From NCBI RefSeq assembly GCF_006345805.1, contig NC_042998.1:124682001-124746000 (forward strand): DNA of 64,000 bases. Direction: 5' to 3'. The notes beneath the pieces were generated by a model, which saw only the letters and a program-made list of their open reading frames with translations, made no database searches and was not told the DNA's origin. This document shows positions 28,099-42,233 of this stretch, in pieces (position 1 is the first letter of the stretch; each line of letters starts with the position of its first letter). Position numbers and translations under genes: made by a program. The DNA is from Octopus sinensis (lineage: Eukaryota).

Positions 28099-28618
28099 CA
28101 TGCATATATGGGTACAGGACGTCACCAACTGTAAACAACATGAAATACTAAAACAAATTACTTCAATACGCAAACAACGAGAGAAACAAATAGAAAACAA
28201 GACAAGTAACATAAAGAACGACCCTTCATCAGTTGTCGGCTGTCTATCTACTCCTCATTTCGAGCATTCATCAACAATATGAGTCTTTGAAAACAGTTGC
28301 TCCCATAAGTACACAAAATAAAATTTGGGATTTATGGAAGGTCACAGTTGGAAACAAAGACAGGACAGTGGAGACATACAAGGAAACCGAACCTTTCTTG
28401 TATCTTTTATCGTGTAAAAGAAAATATGTCTCCAGCGTTCGCTATTTTACATTCTTTCTAGTCTAACGACTCTCATTTTTTTCTTTTCGTAAGCTTTCCT
28501 AGTATTCTCCACTGTCCTGTTTTCCATTTGTTTCTCCCATTGTTTGCGTATTGAAGTCATTTGTTTTCGTATCTCATGTTGTTTACTGTTAGTGACATCC
28601 TGTACTCATATATGCATG
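28099..28618. mobile_element. Element with ~105 bp inverted arms ending in AT-rich repeats
   Basis: 28099-28204 vs reverse complement of 28513-28618 (catgcatatatg(g/a)gtacagga(c/t)gtcac...cttcaatacgcaaacaa...agaaacaaat). Confidence 0.8.
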
Positions 28619-28713
28619 TATATATATATGTATATATGTTATTTATATTATTATTTATATTATTATTTATATTATTATTGATTGAACGCCACGCATCCAT
28701 CTCCAAGTAAGTT

Positions 28714-28748
<35 letters not shown>

Positions 28749-29347
28749 CTGTGTCTGTGTCTGTGTCTGTGTGCGTATGTAATCTATGTATCTATGTATT
28801 ATAAACATGCTCTCACACACAAATCGATGTACCACTTCATTTCTTTCTATAGCGAACTTCAAAGGACTGCAAGTATTCTTTTGACTTTTTGTATTGCTTA
28901 TATGTATATATACATGTAAGCATGTGTGCTTTTACAAACATATAATTGCACATATATTGACATATGCATTTAAATACATGATGCATTTAATCTCGCGTGA
29001 GATGTTCATCCATAAATATATGAATGACAGGATTTTTTTCAGAATTTACAGGTATAATTCATAATTGAATGTTTTTAATATGATACGAAGTTTAATTTCA
29101 AGATCTCACCAGGCTCACTGTTTCATGTTATTTATTCTTCGACCGTATATGTAATTTTCGCATGTGTTACACGTTCGAAAAAAAAATCTCAAAGTACTTA
29201 CAAATAGAAACTGAAAGCAAACATACACACACACAGACATTCACAAACACAACCACATACAGACATGCATGCATACCTACGTGCATGCCTGCATACATAC
29301 GTACTATATTTATATTATATATATATATATATTATATATATATATAT

Positions 29348-29402
<55 letters not shown>

Positions 29403-29424
29403 CATGTATACATATATATACACG

Positions 29425-29455
<31 letters not shown>

Positions 29456-29748
29456 TATGCATGTATGTATGTATGTATATTTACATAAACATGTTTGTAC
29501 ATGTCTGTGTGTTTATATACATAGATATGCATTTGTGTGTGTGTATGTGTGTATGTGTACCCTGAAACATGCATTAAGATGTCTTAATGAACACTGTGTT
29601 ACAATCAATGTAAACAATACACCTATAAACTATGCAATTGAATTGGGTTTCATTTCATCATAATACAGAATTTTGCTAACCTATAGATGTGTTTTATTAC
29701 ACATTCTATCAATAATATGAGGCATTGTTAACAGACAAGTAATTCAAT

Positions 29749-29793
<45 letters not shown>

Positions 29794-32700
29794 TATATAT
29801 ACTCGTACACAGAAGACAACATGCGCGTCCACACGCTCGTACACTCATACACACACACACAAAGCCTTTGGTTTACCTTCTTTTCTAAAGAAACACACAT
29901 CTACACAGACACATCCATACACAGTCATAGGACCAATTCTCAGATTTCTCAGACAGATTTAAACAAGTCTTAGAGTGAGTAGGAAGTCACGGGTCACTGA
30001 AAAGGTTGCAAAAAGGAACGAACATATGTGACTGACAAACAGCTGATTGATTGTTACGGTTATATGTATTTTCACCCTCTTAAGTCTTAACTGACTATTT
30101 TTGTGTATCGAAAATTACATCAGTTGCATCTGAGAAACCTATCTCTTATTTCATATGAAGCTTAGAAAAATAGGAACAAACTCATCATTAATAATAACAA
30201 CACAAAATAACTGAGTGTTTCTGGCATTCAGAAATGTTCTAAAGTGTTCTTAAATAATTCGATGAGCATTCGGTGCCGGCTCGTTGAGGAGTGACACAAA
30301 GAGAACAAAAATGTCGAGTTTGTTTTTGTGATTAAAGCAACAGCCTCCGCTGACTCTATTTCATGAGGAATTTTATGATTTTTGCTTTATATATTTGGAC
30401 ACTCAACTGGACGGAAAACAAACCCTGTCAAAGAGCGGATGAATCAAAAGAGGTAATGGCCATCCCACTTAAACATACATTATCTTATGCTTAGCAACAT
30501 TATTTTATTCACAATAGCCTGAGAGAACTCCAATATCCTTAACAACGGATCATGGTCGAGAGAAATCATAGTATCTGCGAGGGATAATGTATTGGTATGG
30601 TAATCTGCACGGTACAACCAATCTTAGCGAGCAGCAGTCTCCGTAAGTACTGCCGGTAACCCGTCTAGAGATGGAGTCTCAACGAACCCGGAGCACAGAC
30701 AGAATCGAATCTGCCTAAAGTGAAGAAGATGGTTTCATTCTGGCAGCAGTGTATTCTAAAATAAGTCATCATAAATTTGTATCTAAAAAACAACTTTGTC
30801 GCCAGTCGGTGCGATGTCTCACCGAAGCACAGATCCAGTCGTCACTTTCATACTGCTGTGCAAATAATTAAGTGGGAAATTGAAATCCACAAGATAGATA
30901 TTGGAATGTTATTTAAGAGTGAAGCAAACATGAGAGAATTCTGAAAAAAAATGCTATAGACATATAAAACAATATGATAATACTCAAACACGTTGAACAC
31001 TAGCTAGCATGCCAAGTATTGTGCATCAAGCATGGAAAATATCTTTCTGACAAAGATACTGAACGAATACAGAGAAATATCAACCTAGAATACGAAGAAC
31101 CACATATCAACATATCAATATCAGCTGCATGACAATAACTTTTCTGAGAATCGGGAGGATGCGAATATACTACCCAGCCAGGAGAATATAGTGCCCGTAA
31201 TTAGAACAATGGCACGAAACTGGCCAAGAAGATAGGGAATGGGATAACAATAGTTTCAACTCAGAATTATCGAAACCGAAGCAGAAATTGAAGGAACCGG
31301 AGTTCCTAGACTCAGTTAGTCTGAGGATGATATATTGAACTAGGGTTAAGGAAAATCAACAAAACTAAAGAGTAGGGTTCATACGATTAACGGTTGAAAC
31401 ATTAAAGATACTAACACATTGAGATTAACAGGTGCTTATATAGCTGCAGATATGTTACAGTAAAAGAAGGGCCAGCAGATACCCTGCTACTAATAAAAAC
31501 ATTAGTGACCTTAAAATATATAAGTGAACCACTAGAAGCAGCATAACCTAAAGTGTTAAGAAAAGAAAGGCAGATTAGAAGAAATGTATCATATTAAGAA
31601 AATGTTGGGAGTATTGACAAAAGCTGCCAAAATCAGAAAACCCGAATTAAGACATAAACAATATGAACAGCGTCGCCTATTTTATGCAAACCGTCGATGA
31701 AGTCAGGATGTCGTAGAACTTGTCAATACCTGCCAAAAGAAGAAGAGAGTACAACGAACAGGATATAGGTATCGTTAACAGTTTAACACCAGGGTAAATA
31801 TAAACACAAACGAAATATTAGTGTATTACTCTAATCTGAAATACTCGAGTGGTAGAAAAGAGTTCACATAATTGTGTTACTAGAATTTGGGGAACAGTGA
31901 CAAAATTTTGAAAACAGACACAGGTAAGATCATGTATGGATGTCTCTGTGAATTTGGAATCATGTGCGAGTATGTATGGAAGTGCGTGGCTATATGCGAA
32001 TGTATGTGTGTATCTGTGTATTTGTGTGTGCACAGCAACAGGCTTAAACAAATTATTACACTCAATCAGCTTAAATACGATTTTACATTTGTAACATATA
32101 ATCCTTGTCAGGTTCGATTCTCGGCAACATACTGGGCACGTGAGCTCACTCTTAGTCGAAGAAAGAAACGTGGAAAAGAGGAAACAGGAGCAGAAGGTAT
32201 GGTAATCTTATGAACTTCACTTTAAATGAAACTATGTGCATATAGATTTATATTTCTCTTGCGTGTATATTCGTCTATAATTCATGAAATGTTATCGATA
32301 TATGACTCTTTTACTATAGTTTCGAACACGAACAGAGATATTTCTATATTGCAATGTTTGCGCATTTCACCTTTACTTGTGTACATTTCTAATCAAGGAG
32401 TTAGCATTAATAAGGAAGTTTCAGAACAATTGCTTTGAAGCAATTTTAAGTAAGTATTCTATAACACTGTATCTTACACACCAAGTCTGTTTCATAAATG
32501 CTCGCTTGTTTATAATTTATTGCAGAACTGAGCCAATCTCTGGACGCTAGTAATTGAACGATTTCATAATAGTGTGTATACAAAATTTAAACTTTACGTA
32601 CAAGTTGTTGAAGCCCTTGTCGACAACACGGAGCTTGCGTTATTAATTGTTAACATAGACCAAGCTTTTGGTGAGTTAATAATCTAGATTCATTTTGTTT

Positions 32701-35082
32701 TAGTGCTACACAGGTGATGGAATACAGTTTGTAATTCTTCGGCGTTAAATCAAATTTTCGATTCCACTATTTGATCTTAAAAAAATTACTTTGTGCAATC
32801 AGAGATTTATGAGCAAGGTATAAACGTTTCCACATGAATTAATAAACACTATTTATAGTTTTAAAAATGTATCATTCCTCTTGTGTATGACGTGTAAAGT
32901 ATTATATAATTTGGATATGCGTTGCAGTTTAGCCCGTTGAGGTAATTAGGTTTGATTAGATAAAGCTAGCAAATTAATTACCATTAGTGAATATCTGTTC
33001 GTAAATGCCTGAGTTTATCCAATTAAGGCCAATTGAAATTTTAATCAGCTTAATAATGTCTCAACGCCAACACGTTATTGAAATTAACCAGTTATTAATG
33101 TGTAATATTAATAGCTATTCCAGTCGAGCAGCGTAGATGACGATGCAAAACTCCATCGGACCAAGTCTTCATTTTAGAGTCATTGGTTCAAACCATTTTC
33201 TGAAAATTGTCTTTAAAATTTCTCTGAAATATAAAATTGGCATAACAATTTCAGAATAAACATCTATAGTCTTTAAACAAACCATTCGGTCTCAAATTTG
33301 GAAGCTGCTTGTAGTCGGTTATATTTGAGAATATTGTTTGACCGACAACGGATGGACGCCCAGCAAATATGACGATAAAGGGTTTTGAAGTCAGAATATA
33401 GAGAGTTGTAGTAAATTACATTTTGACCCATCGCTCTTCAGATTCTGCGAAAACACATTTTCTCAAGGCTACATATTTAATTACATTATATTCGATTTAA
33501 TATCTCCAGGAGGTGGCTGGTATTTATTTCACTGACGCCACTAGCATTATACACCGTCGATCACAAACAAGAGTAATCCACAATTTGATTTGCTTTTAAT
33601 TTCTGCCTTTAAGGAAATGTATCTATCTAAATTATATATATATAGGAATGATTGCATCGTTTCATATTTCACAACGGCGAGCAACTGATTATCTGCATAT
33701 AGCTTTCATACAGTACTTTCACTTTCTCTGATGATTTTTGTTTTCTTTTTCAGGAGACTAAACGTATTCGCATACGTTCTGAATATTTAATAATTGAAAC
33801 ACATTACATTAAGGCATCATCCTATTTTAACACTATGGAGTTTAGATTAATGATGGGTAAAACTACAGGCAAAAGCTGTTTGACATATATCAAGGCTGTC
33901 TGTTGGTGTTAAACACCTTTCTGTTGGTGTTGAACATAGTATGTGTCTCCAGGAAAATGTTGCATTGTCGAATATATTTTATTTAGGTTGGATAAATATG
34001 CTATTAACATTACATCAATCACTAATTTTGTTTGTTGTATTCTTTTTGCAAGCACTCTTATACACGAGATAATATCCTTGGGATATGGAAGAAAAATCTA
34101 TATATTCATGTGGCTTCCCGCTGATTATTAAAATGATTTCTAATCAGTATTTCCAACTAACAAAATCCTCTTTAATTATACATTACTGTGTATGGTCGTC
34201 TTTTTCATAGAGATAATTCTAATTAAGATTCTAAGCTTATGCATTTCAGCGGGGACTTTATATCTATATGTGTGTGTTTGTGTGCGAGAGCGTGTGTGTC
34301 TGTTTGTGTGTTCGCATGCGTGTGTGTGTGTGTATGTGATATATATAACTATATATGTGTATATCTATACATATATATTTAAACAGAAAGACGAAGAGAG
34401 AGAAAGTGAGAGTTCTCAAAGAAAGTCGTTCATTTCTTTCCAACGTTATTAGAATTAATACGAAAACTATTTCTTATAGTTGTTTGTTATGGATTTTTGT
34501 ATCTCTATTCTTTCCTTTCAAGTTTTGTCTATCGTCTTTCAAATTTGAATAAATTTTACATGTCTTTTAGACATATGACGATGGAGTGGAGAGTAGAAAA
34601 AAATTAGCATATACGGTATTTGCTTCTCTTCGCTTTCAATCCAGGTTCTAAAGCATCCAAAACGGCAAAATAGATTTGTACTATGTACGGAGAAGGAGCT
34701 ATTACTGAGCAATAGGCACAGAAATAGTCTTCAAGTTTCAAGGAGAGGAAATACTAACCAAGACTTGTATTACTGATAACCTTTTCAGTTCAATGAGGAT
34801 ATAATATTAAAGAAGCTATTCCTCGAGGAGTCGCTCCAGTCTACTAGGAAATTCATCCAGCATGGATGTGTCTCCTATGCAACCGGTGCCAGTTTTACCT
34901 TTGTATTCTCTTCATCTACTGTCTTCCAGTTGTTGCCTTTTTCGGTTGTTCTTCAACAGTCCCCGAGGCGTTTCGTTCAACAATGAAAAACAAGGTACTG
35001 TTTTACTAGTTGATGAAAAACAAGGATCAATATAAAGGGGGAGAAAAAAAACGAACAGATTTATCTGACAATCATACATGCG

Positions 35083-35165
<83 letters not shown>

Positions 35166-35197
35166 ATATATATAGATATATATATATATATATATAT

Positions 35198-35234
<37 letters not shown>

Positions 35235-35787
35235 CGTAATGTTTGTCGCTACTTCTATATGGCTGTTCCGACGTTACAGCCATTTTAACCAACAGCAAGA
35301 CCCCGCTTGTTATTCGATGTAATATACAGCCGATATATATTGCATGCAGAGAAGTGAACCCCTACTATTTTCCAGCTCGTTCTCGGTGGGTGGATATTTG
35401 TCCGCTAGAGGTACCAGTACTTTTCTCCGGCGTACAATATATAGAAAATAAGTGACAACTAGTTACTGATTTTGCAACAAACAAATTAGGTAGTTAGAAG
35501 ATCTCTATAACAGATGAAAGCAGTAATACTGAGAAGAGCTCGGAACCGCACGGTCTGGTAGATTGTAGGGGTTCAATCTCCTGCTTGCAATTTATATCGG
35601 GTGCAGATGGCATCGAATAACCAGCTGGAGGAGGTGTATTCCTGAGGTCAAAATGGTAGTAACGTTGTTTCCTGCGAAACAGCCATGTTGAAGCAGCGAT
35701 AAATATTAACTCTCAGTATAGTCACTGTTTGCATCCCTTATAGAGATTTTCTAACTAATTTGTTTGGTATATATACATATATATATA

Positions 35788-35832
<45 letters not shown>

Positions 35833-35893
35833 GTAAATTCCACCTCGGTAAATTCCACCACGGTATATTCCGCCATGGTAAATTCCACCCATG
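35833..35893 (+). repeat. 4 x 15 bp minisatellite (gtaaattccaccNcg)
   Basis: gtaaattccacctcg / gtaaattccaccacg / gtatattccgccatg / gtaaattccacccatg. Confidence 0.9.
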
Positions 35894-35899
35894 GACAGA

Positions 35900-36480
35900 T
35901 GTTATTCCAATTTCGATTATTATTGTTTCTTTTCTTTCGTGGTCAGATATTGTAATATGGGGTTTATTATTTTCTATATGTTTTGGTGTTATTACTGAGC
36001 TATCTACTCAAATCTTAACATTTTCACTTGTTACCTTTTCTATTTGCACACTTCTGATTTATTAGGGTTATTTTTTTCTTTTTTGGTATGTTATATTGCT
36101 GTAGTAGGTTCGCAAAGATTATCTTGGTTATCTCATCTTGTCTCTCTTCACATTTCGTGTGTGCTATTTTTCCACATTTTATTGCCATACAATTTCCTTT
36201 GTTTTTTTTACAATATCTGCATGCCTTTTTCCTTCCATAGTAGTTGTTTCTGTCTTGTAAATACTATATAATATTGCTATTCTCTCACTGAGTATTTGCT
36301 TTGTTTTATAAATTTCAATGAGTTTCTTTTCGATACTGCTTCCGCATTCAGGTCTTTAAAGTATTCACCATGTATTTCTTTGTGTGATTCTTCCTTAATT
36401 ATTTTTTCTCCCTTGTATTTTTTTGTATTCATTGGCATTATTGATATTATTTTTATGCATTCTTTTTTATTTCCATAATA
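35900..36480 (-). mobile_element. Highly decayed RLE-type LINE 3' coding fragment
   Basis: KEIHGEYFKDL, CRYC zinc-knuckle remnant, HIENNKPHITISDHERKETIIIEIGIT (RLE-like NxPD...IEI); adjoins (TAA)n. Confidence 0.6.
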
Positions 36481-36499
36481 TCGTAACCCATATAATAAT

Positions 36500-36575
36500 A
36501 TTAATAAAAATAACAATAACAATAATAATAATAATAATAATCATAATAATAATAATCATAATAATAATAATAATA

Positions 36576-36646
<71 letters not shown>

Positions 36647-36655
36647 TACTATTCA
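36500..36655. repeat. (TAA)n/(TTA)n inverted triplet tract
   Basis: Direct reading; lies between two RLE-LINE fragments. Confidence 0.95.
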
Positions 36656-37590
36656 GTAGTTTTATTTTTATAACGTGCTTTCGCTTCACTACTGAGCGCA
36701 GCTCTGTGCGCATTGGGTATGCGCTGTGGTTTGCTGTGATGCTCTTATGGTTACTGTATTGAAAGTGTTTTGCGTAGGATGTGTGCGGTGCCCAGTAGTG
36801 CAATTTTCTGTATGTTATATATATGTACAAGTCCTGGTGTTTTTGTTATGTATTTATCTGAATATTTTTTATCATACCTAATGCGCCCACTATGATAGGA
36901 ATTGTTTCTGTTTTTAGATTCCACATTCGAGTTACTTCTATTGCCAGGTCTTTGTATTTTGAAAATTTCTCCATTTCTTTTAGAGAAATGTTGTCATCTG
37001 CTGGTATTGATACACCAATTAGAAAGCATTTTTTCTTCATGATCTCTGACAACTATATCTGATGTATTGGCCTTAATTTCTCTGTCTGTGTGTATTGGCG
37101 TATCCCAGAGTATGACTACTTTCTCGTTTTCTGTGACCTTTTCTGGCGTGTGCTTATACTATCTTTTTCTGTTGTTATTCCATAGTGTTGGCATAGCTTC
37201 CAATGTATGTAGGTCCCAACACTGTAGTGTCTGTGAATATATTCCTTCTTAGCCAGGTCTCAACACCCAGAGATAATATGATTTATTGTTTCTTGTCCAT
37301 CTCCACATATTCTGCAGTTACTTGTTACGTTTCTTTTCATTATATGCTTTCGGTAATCCCTGTTGCGGATGCTTTGGTCTTGTTCTGCAATTAAAAATCC
37401 TTCTGTCTCTGCTTTGAGTCCTAAGCTTCTCAACCATTGCTGGGATTTTTCTTTGTCTATTTCTTTTGCATTTAGTTTAGCCCAGTATTTGCCATAAAGG
37501 GGCTTTTCTTGTCATTGTTTTATCATGGAGCATTGCTGTTCTAGCTTTAGTTTGGACTTCATTTGTTTTATAGCTTTTATTGTTTCTTAT
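36652..37590 (-). mobile_element. RLE-type (R4/Dong-like) LINE 3' fragment with CCHC knuckle and restriction-like endonuclease
   Basis: KPLYGKY...CRICGDGQETINHIISGC...ILWDTPIHTDREIKANTSDIVVRD...CFLIGVSIP...EKFSKYKDL...IPIIVGALG...QKIALLGTAHILRKTLSIQ*; 3' UTR ends in (TAA)n. Confidence 0.9.
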
Positions 37591-37620
37591 TCTTATATAT
37601 ATATATATATATGTGTATAG

Positions 37621-37962
37621 AAATTTAGGAATGCAGTAGATAAAATCCAGGTTACATATGTTTCCTAGCTAGCAGCACCTCGGAAGTAGTAATTACCCAA
37701 ACGAGAGGTACTCCGTTAGCTACTCAGACCAAAGACACCTTAGCCAAATGACGGTTACATCGTTGCCAAATGGCTTTTTGATCAAATCTCCTGCGAGTTA
37801 ACAAGGGATCCCTTGACGACAATGTAGCCTTCATTTAGTTAAGGTATCGTTGATTAGATATGTAGCTACAAGAGCACCTCTCATTGATTAATTACTACTT
37901 CCGAGGTTCTGCTAGCTTGGAAACATGTAGCCTAGATTTTATCTACTCCTTTCCCTAAATTT
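37621..37962. mobile_element. MITE with ~100 bp terminal inverted repeats
   Basis: 37621-37723 vs reverse complement of 37862-37962 (aaatttagg...gtagataaaat...gctagcag(c/a)acctcggaagtagtaatta...gagaggt(a/g)ctc...tagctac). Confidence 0.85.
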
Positions 37963-38060
37963 AAAATTTCATTCACATTCATAGCAATTCCAGTTACTAA
38001 CTGTGAACTAGAAAATAACATTTTTCAGCATATCGAACTTCGATATGGGAAAACTTTACA

Positions 38061-38111
<51 letters not shown>

Positions 38112-38193
38112 TTTTGTCGTCTTCTAAATGTTTCACGTTCTTGTCCCAGTTTGTGTATTTTTTTAAACTTTTACATATATATATATGTATATA

Positions 38194-39300
38194 TCAGATT
38201 GGTGCAAAAGTGATGTCTGATTTCTAGAATAAAGGTTTCAGAGCGAATTTATCAATTTTTAACCTCTTCTTATAGTTTTAAGATGTCTCTGTGTCTAATT
38301 TATACTATCTTCTTTCAGATTATCTAACTTCTGGCCATATTTCTCAGAAAATTTTATCACCATGTTTGTCACATCTAAAGATCACATAAGAATGGTTTTA
38401 CCTTACGAGTTTCATAAAGGTTTTAATGCAAGTGCAGCAGCAAGATCTATTCAGAGCACTTATGGGGTTGATGTAATGAATGAAAGAAGTTGCAGGAGGT
38501 GGTTTTCCCGATTCCGAAGTGGTAATTTCACTTTAAAAGAAGATCCAAAAAGGGTCTTCCCAAAAAACTTGATTCCGAAATGTTGGAAGCTCCTGTTTCA
38601 GAGAACCTTCCTGTTACCACTAGGCAACTTGCAGAACAGTTAATCGTAGCTCATACAACCGTGGACAGGTTTCAGTGGCTGGAAATGGATCTCTCCAGAG
38701 ACTCGACAACAGCGTGCTGCTTGTTGTGAATCATTGCTTTCGCGACACTTCCAAGCAACATTTTTAGACAGGCTTGTAACAGGTGAAGAGAAGTGGATTC
38801 TTTACAATAATGTTAAACACCGCCGTTCTCGGATTAGTCGAGGAAGACGGCCAGTTCAACAACCGAGAGCAGGGCTTCATCCAAAGGAGATCATGTTGAG
38901 AGTATGGTGGGATATTAAAGGAGTAATCCATTATGAACTGTTGGACAACAACCAAACAATTAATGCTAATCTTCACTGTGAGCAACTTCGTCGTTTGAAA
39001 ACAGTTCTGAGCCAAAAGCGAGCATCCTTGGTTTACAGAAAGGGTGTCATCTTCCATCACGAAGAACTTTGTTGGAAAATACTGCCTCATCTTCCATATT
39101 CTCCTGATCATGCTCCTACTGATTACCATTTGTTCCAAGGACTACAGAATCATTTTGATGGACTTACGTTAACAACAAGAGAAGATATTGAAAATGAGTT
39201 GTATTCATTTTTTGGTTCTAAATCTACAGAATTTTACAAGCGAGGCATTTATAAGATTGTTGAAAGATGGAAGTAGTCATTGAAAGCAATGGAGATTATG
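38194..39300 (+). mobile_element. Mariner element (cecropia/Hsmar1-like), dead transposase at 38362-39276
   Basis: 5' TIR tcagattggtgcaaaagt after TA resembles Hsmar1 ttaggttggtgcaaaagt. HTH ERSCRRWFSRFRSG, VTGEEKW (D to E), LHPKEIMLRVWW, PYSPDHAPTDYHLF. Frameshift, second catalytic D deleted, no 3' TIR found. Confidence 0.9.
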
Positions 39301-40745
39301 ACAATGAATAAATATTTCCCTAGTCATTGGCTTATTCATTTTTACCTTAGATACTATTATGCTAAAGATACTATTATGTGAATATCAGATTTAATTTGGA
39401 AAGGAAAAATACGAGGCTGTCTTCGGTTTTATCTATCACAAATACACACACACATACACACGCATAATCAAACATGTGTTACACATGCGCATATATATAT
39501 ACGTATACAAACCTGCACACACACACCTAAACAAATTTAACCCCAAGTCAGTTCTGACTGAGTATACCTAAAATCAAAGATTGCGATAACCAGAACCATA
39601 ACTTATTTACTTTTAGGGATATCTAGAGCTACATTATCCATTGTTTGGTTCTCCATTTCAGTAGGACAGAATGTGATCTGAATGAGATTTGGACTTGTTA
39701 ATTCTGGTATATTATTCATCCATATAGATGTTCCCCCGGGAGTTTGTACCCGTAGTATTGCGTGTTATTTCTTTTGTTTGACCTGAAATCTTGTTTCTTG
39801 AAAATTTAATCAATGCTGAGAGTACTGTTATACGCAGAAGCAAAGTGACAGACATCGTAACTGTTATCTCCAGCAGATTTATTTATTTGATAATGATTGC
39901 CGAATTTGGTTATAAATAAGTTAATAATTTGCATAAATATGAAAATAATATGTTTTAAAATAATACCGCATAATGCAAGTGAAGTAGAATAATGATCCGA
40001 TATTTTCTTTGCAAAAGTTTTGCTATAAGTATTTCATATTTTCCTAGCCATTACGTAACAAGCAATCAGTTGTAGAATTCAAGCCTCCTATTTCATTACT
40101 GGCCTAGCATTATGTCTGTGACAAAGGTACTCACATTAAAAACCACACCCTGTCTTGCTGTAAAGGACTGGGACAGAACCGTACAGGTCACTATTGGGAG
40201 CAGCGACGCATAACTGCAATTCTCCATGAATAATAAAGCACCAGGTTTATCTTTGGGCGCTCGACACACTAGCAATAGCAACCACATTTTCATGAAGCCA
40301 TATTTTACCGTTAGAAAGAAAACAATATAGTCCTACATAAGGACAAGATGACTGCGAGTTGAATGCAATTGATTATATTCAGAGCTAACCTGGAGATTAA
40401 CAACAAACCAAAAATAGTAATAATGATAAAAATCAATACATTTTGCTGCAGCACAACATTCAAATATCTGTTTAAAAGAGACAGTTGAAGAAAGCATTCA
40501 ACATAAGTTGTTCTGTTTTTTTTTTTTAGGTAAGTCCTTCATATCAGCTATCATCCGCAGTACTTGTATTCACTCCGAATAATTAACTTCGATTTCTAGT
40601 ATTTTATAGTCACTTATTTTAAAAGAAATTTAAACATGTTTAATTTCATGATGAATGTCTGTTTTCAAATTATTAGACTGTTCCTGAATATATTTATATG
40701 TGTGTGTGTGTGTGTGTGTATGTGTGTGTGTGTATGTGTGTCTGT

Positions 40746-40777
<32 letters not shown>

Positions 40778-42201
40778 ATCTGTGTGTATGTGTGTGTGTG
40801 TGTGTGTATCACCGTGTCTACTTTTGCATGAGGTGAGCGAGCATCATCTCATTAGACACGAAAATAGGCTGGCAACAGAAATGATATGATGAAGCGAGAA
40901 TAAATGGAATGGGACACAGAAAATGAAATGAAGCTGAAAATATCCCAAAGAAATCAGTTATTCTTTTATCACTGATTTTAAAATCAATGAATCCATAACG
41001 TGATAGAAAATATGTGGAAGGACAGAAAACAGCACGCATGAATTCAATGCTAACAATGTTTTCTTTATTTTTGAGCAGTGAGAAAAATTTAAATTTTGGA
41101 AAATGCTTTTAGCAAGCTACCTTTGCAGTAAATGAGATTTTAAGTTAACCTTTAGGAAGAATGTGTGTTTTTTTTCTAGCTAATATTTTTCACCTTAAAA
41201 AAAATCAGAACAAATTTGAATTGATATTCTGAAGAACATTATAGAGTTTGTTAAGCAGGTGAAATTCGTATCTTCAGCATTGTGCGTAGTGTAGAAAAAC
41301 ATAATTTTTTAGATGACTACACAAGTAGTATATACAGAGATACAGATATGTATAAAGCAATAGATATCTTGGGCAACATGAGGTATTTTATAACATAGCT
41401 ACAAAACTAGAAATTAGATGGACAGGTTTAATTAGTTACAACTACGGCACTACCTAATTTGTACTTCATAATATACATTCTCGAACGATGAAAGGGGAAG
41501 CGAGACTGTGGTGGAATTTTAATTCAAAACAGAAAGAAACCTGATCAGTTACCGCAAGACATTTTGTCCGATACTCATGCGATTCTGCTAATCAACTTTA
41601 TATAATATAGAGCAAATTTTTTTAGAGTAGAGTAGGAAAAAAAATAATAGTTCGTTGAACATATGAAGTTAGACAAATAAATGTAAAAATACGGGGAGAA
41701 AGAGAACAGGAAGCTTCTAATTATGACGTTTACAATGAGATACATGCACGAAGCTCCTTTGGTATTTGCCAATTATGAGCATGTAATATTTAAATATTAT
41801 GCCGTGTTGAATTCCCCAGTTTTTTTCCCATATTTATTAAAGTACATTTATTCCCATCAGTAGTTGTTCTACTTTTTTATTAGTAAATTGTATCAGAATA
41901 AATTGAACAATAAACAAAGACTATGGAATTACTGTACTTACCGAATTGCATTTCATTAATATATATTTCATTATAAGACTACAAAATGTAAATGGAAATA
42001 TTATTTGCCGGAAGTTATGTCTGCGTAAAACAAAACATTTGAAATATTCATACACTCATCTAATAGAATTAAAAAAATATAAACAAGTGGAAGATTTTGA
42101 AACTTAGAACATTTTCTCCGGCTAACATCTAGAATGTATAATTTTACTAAACTGGAAAACTTTACGAATGTTTGGTATACATACATATATATTAGTATAC
42201 A

Positions 42202-42233
<32 letters not shown>

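Noticed and set aside
30400-31800. Microsatellite-free purine-rich block that may be an ancient LINE
   Set aside because: No diagnostic motif could be reconstructed; left unclassified.
33754-33912. Strong acceptor plus 52 open codons
   Set aside because: No recognisable domain; such frames arise by chance in 64 kb.
41225-41275. CTGAAGA...GAAA-ttcg-TA
   Set aside because: No stem I and only a 2 bp stem II; consistent with chance.
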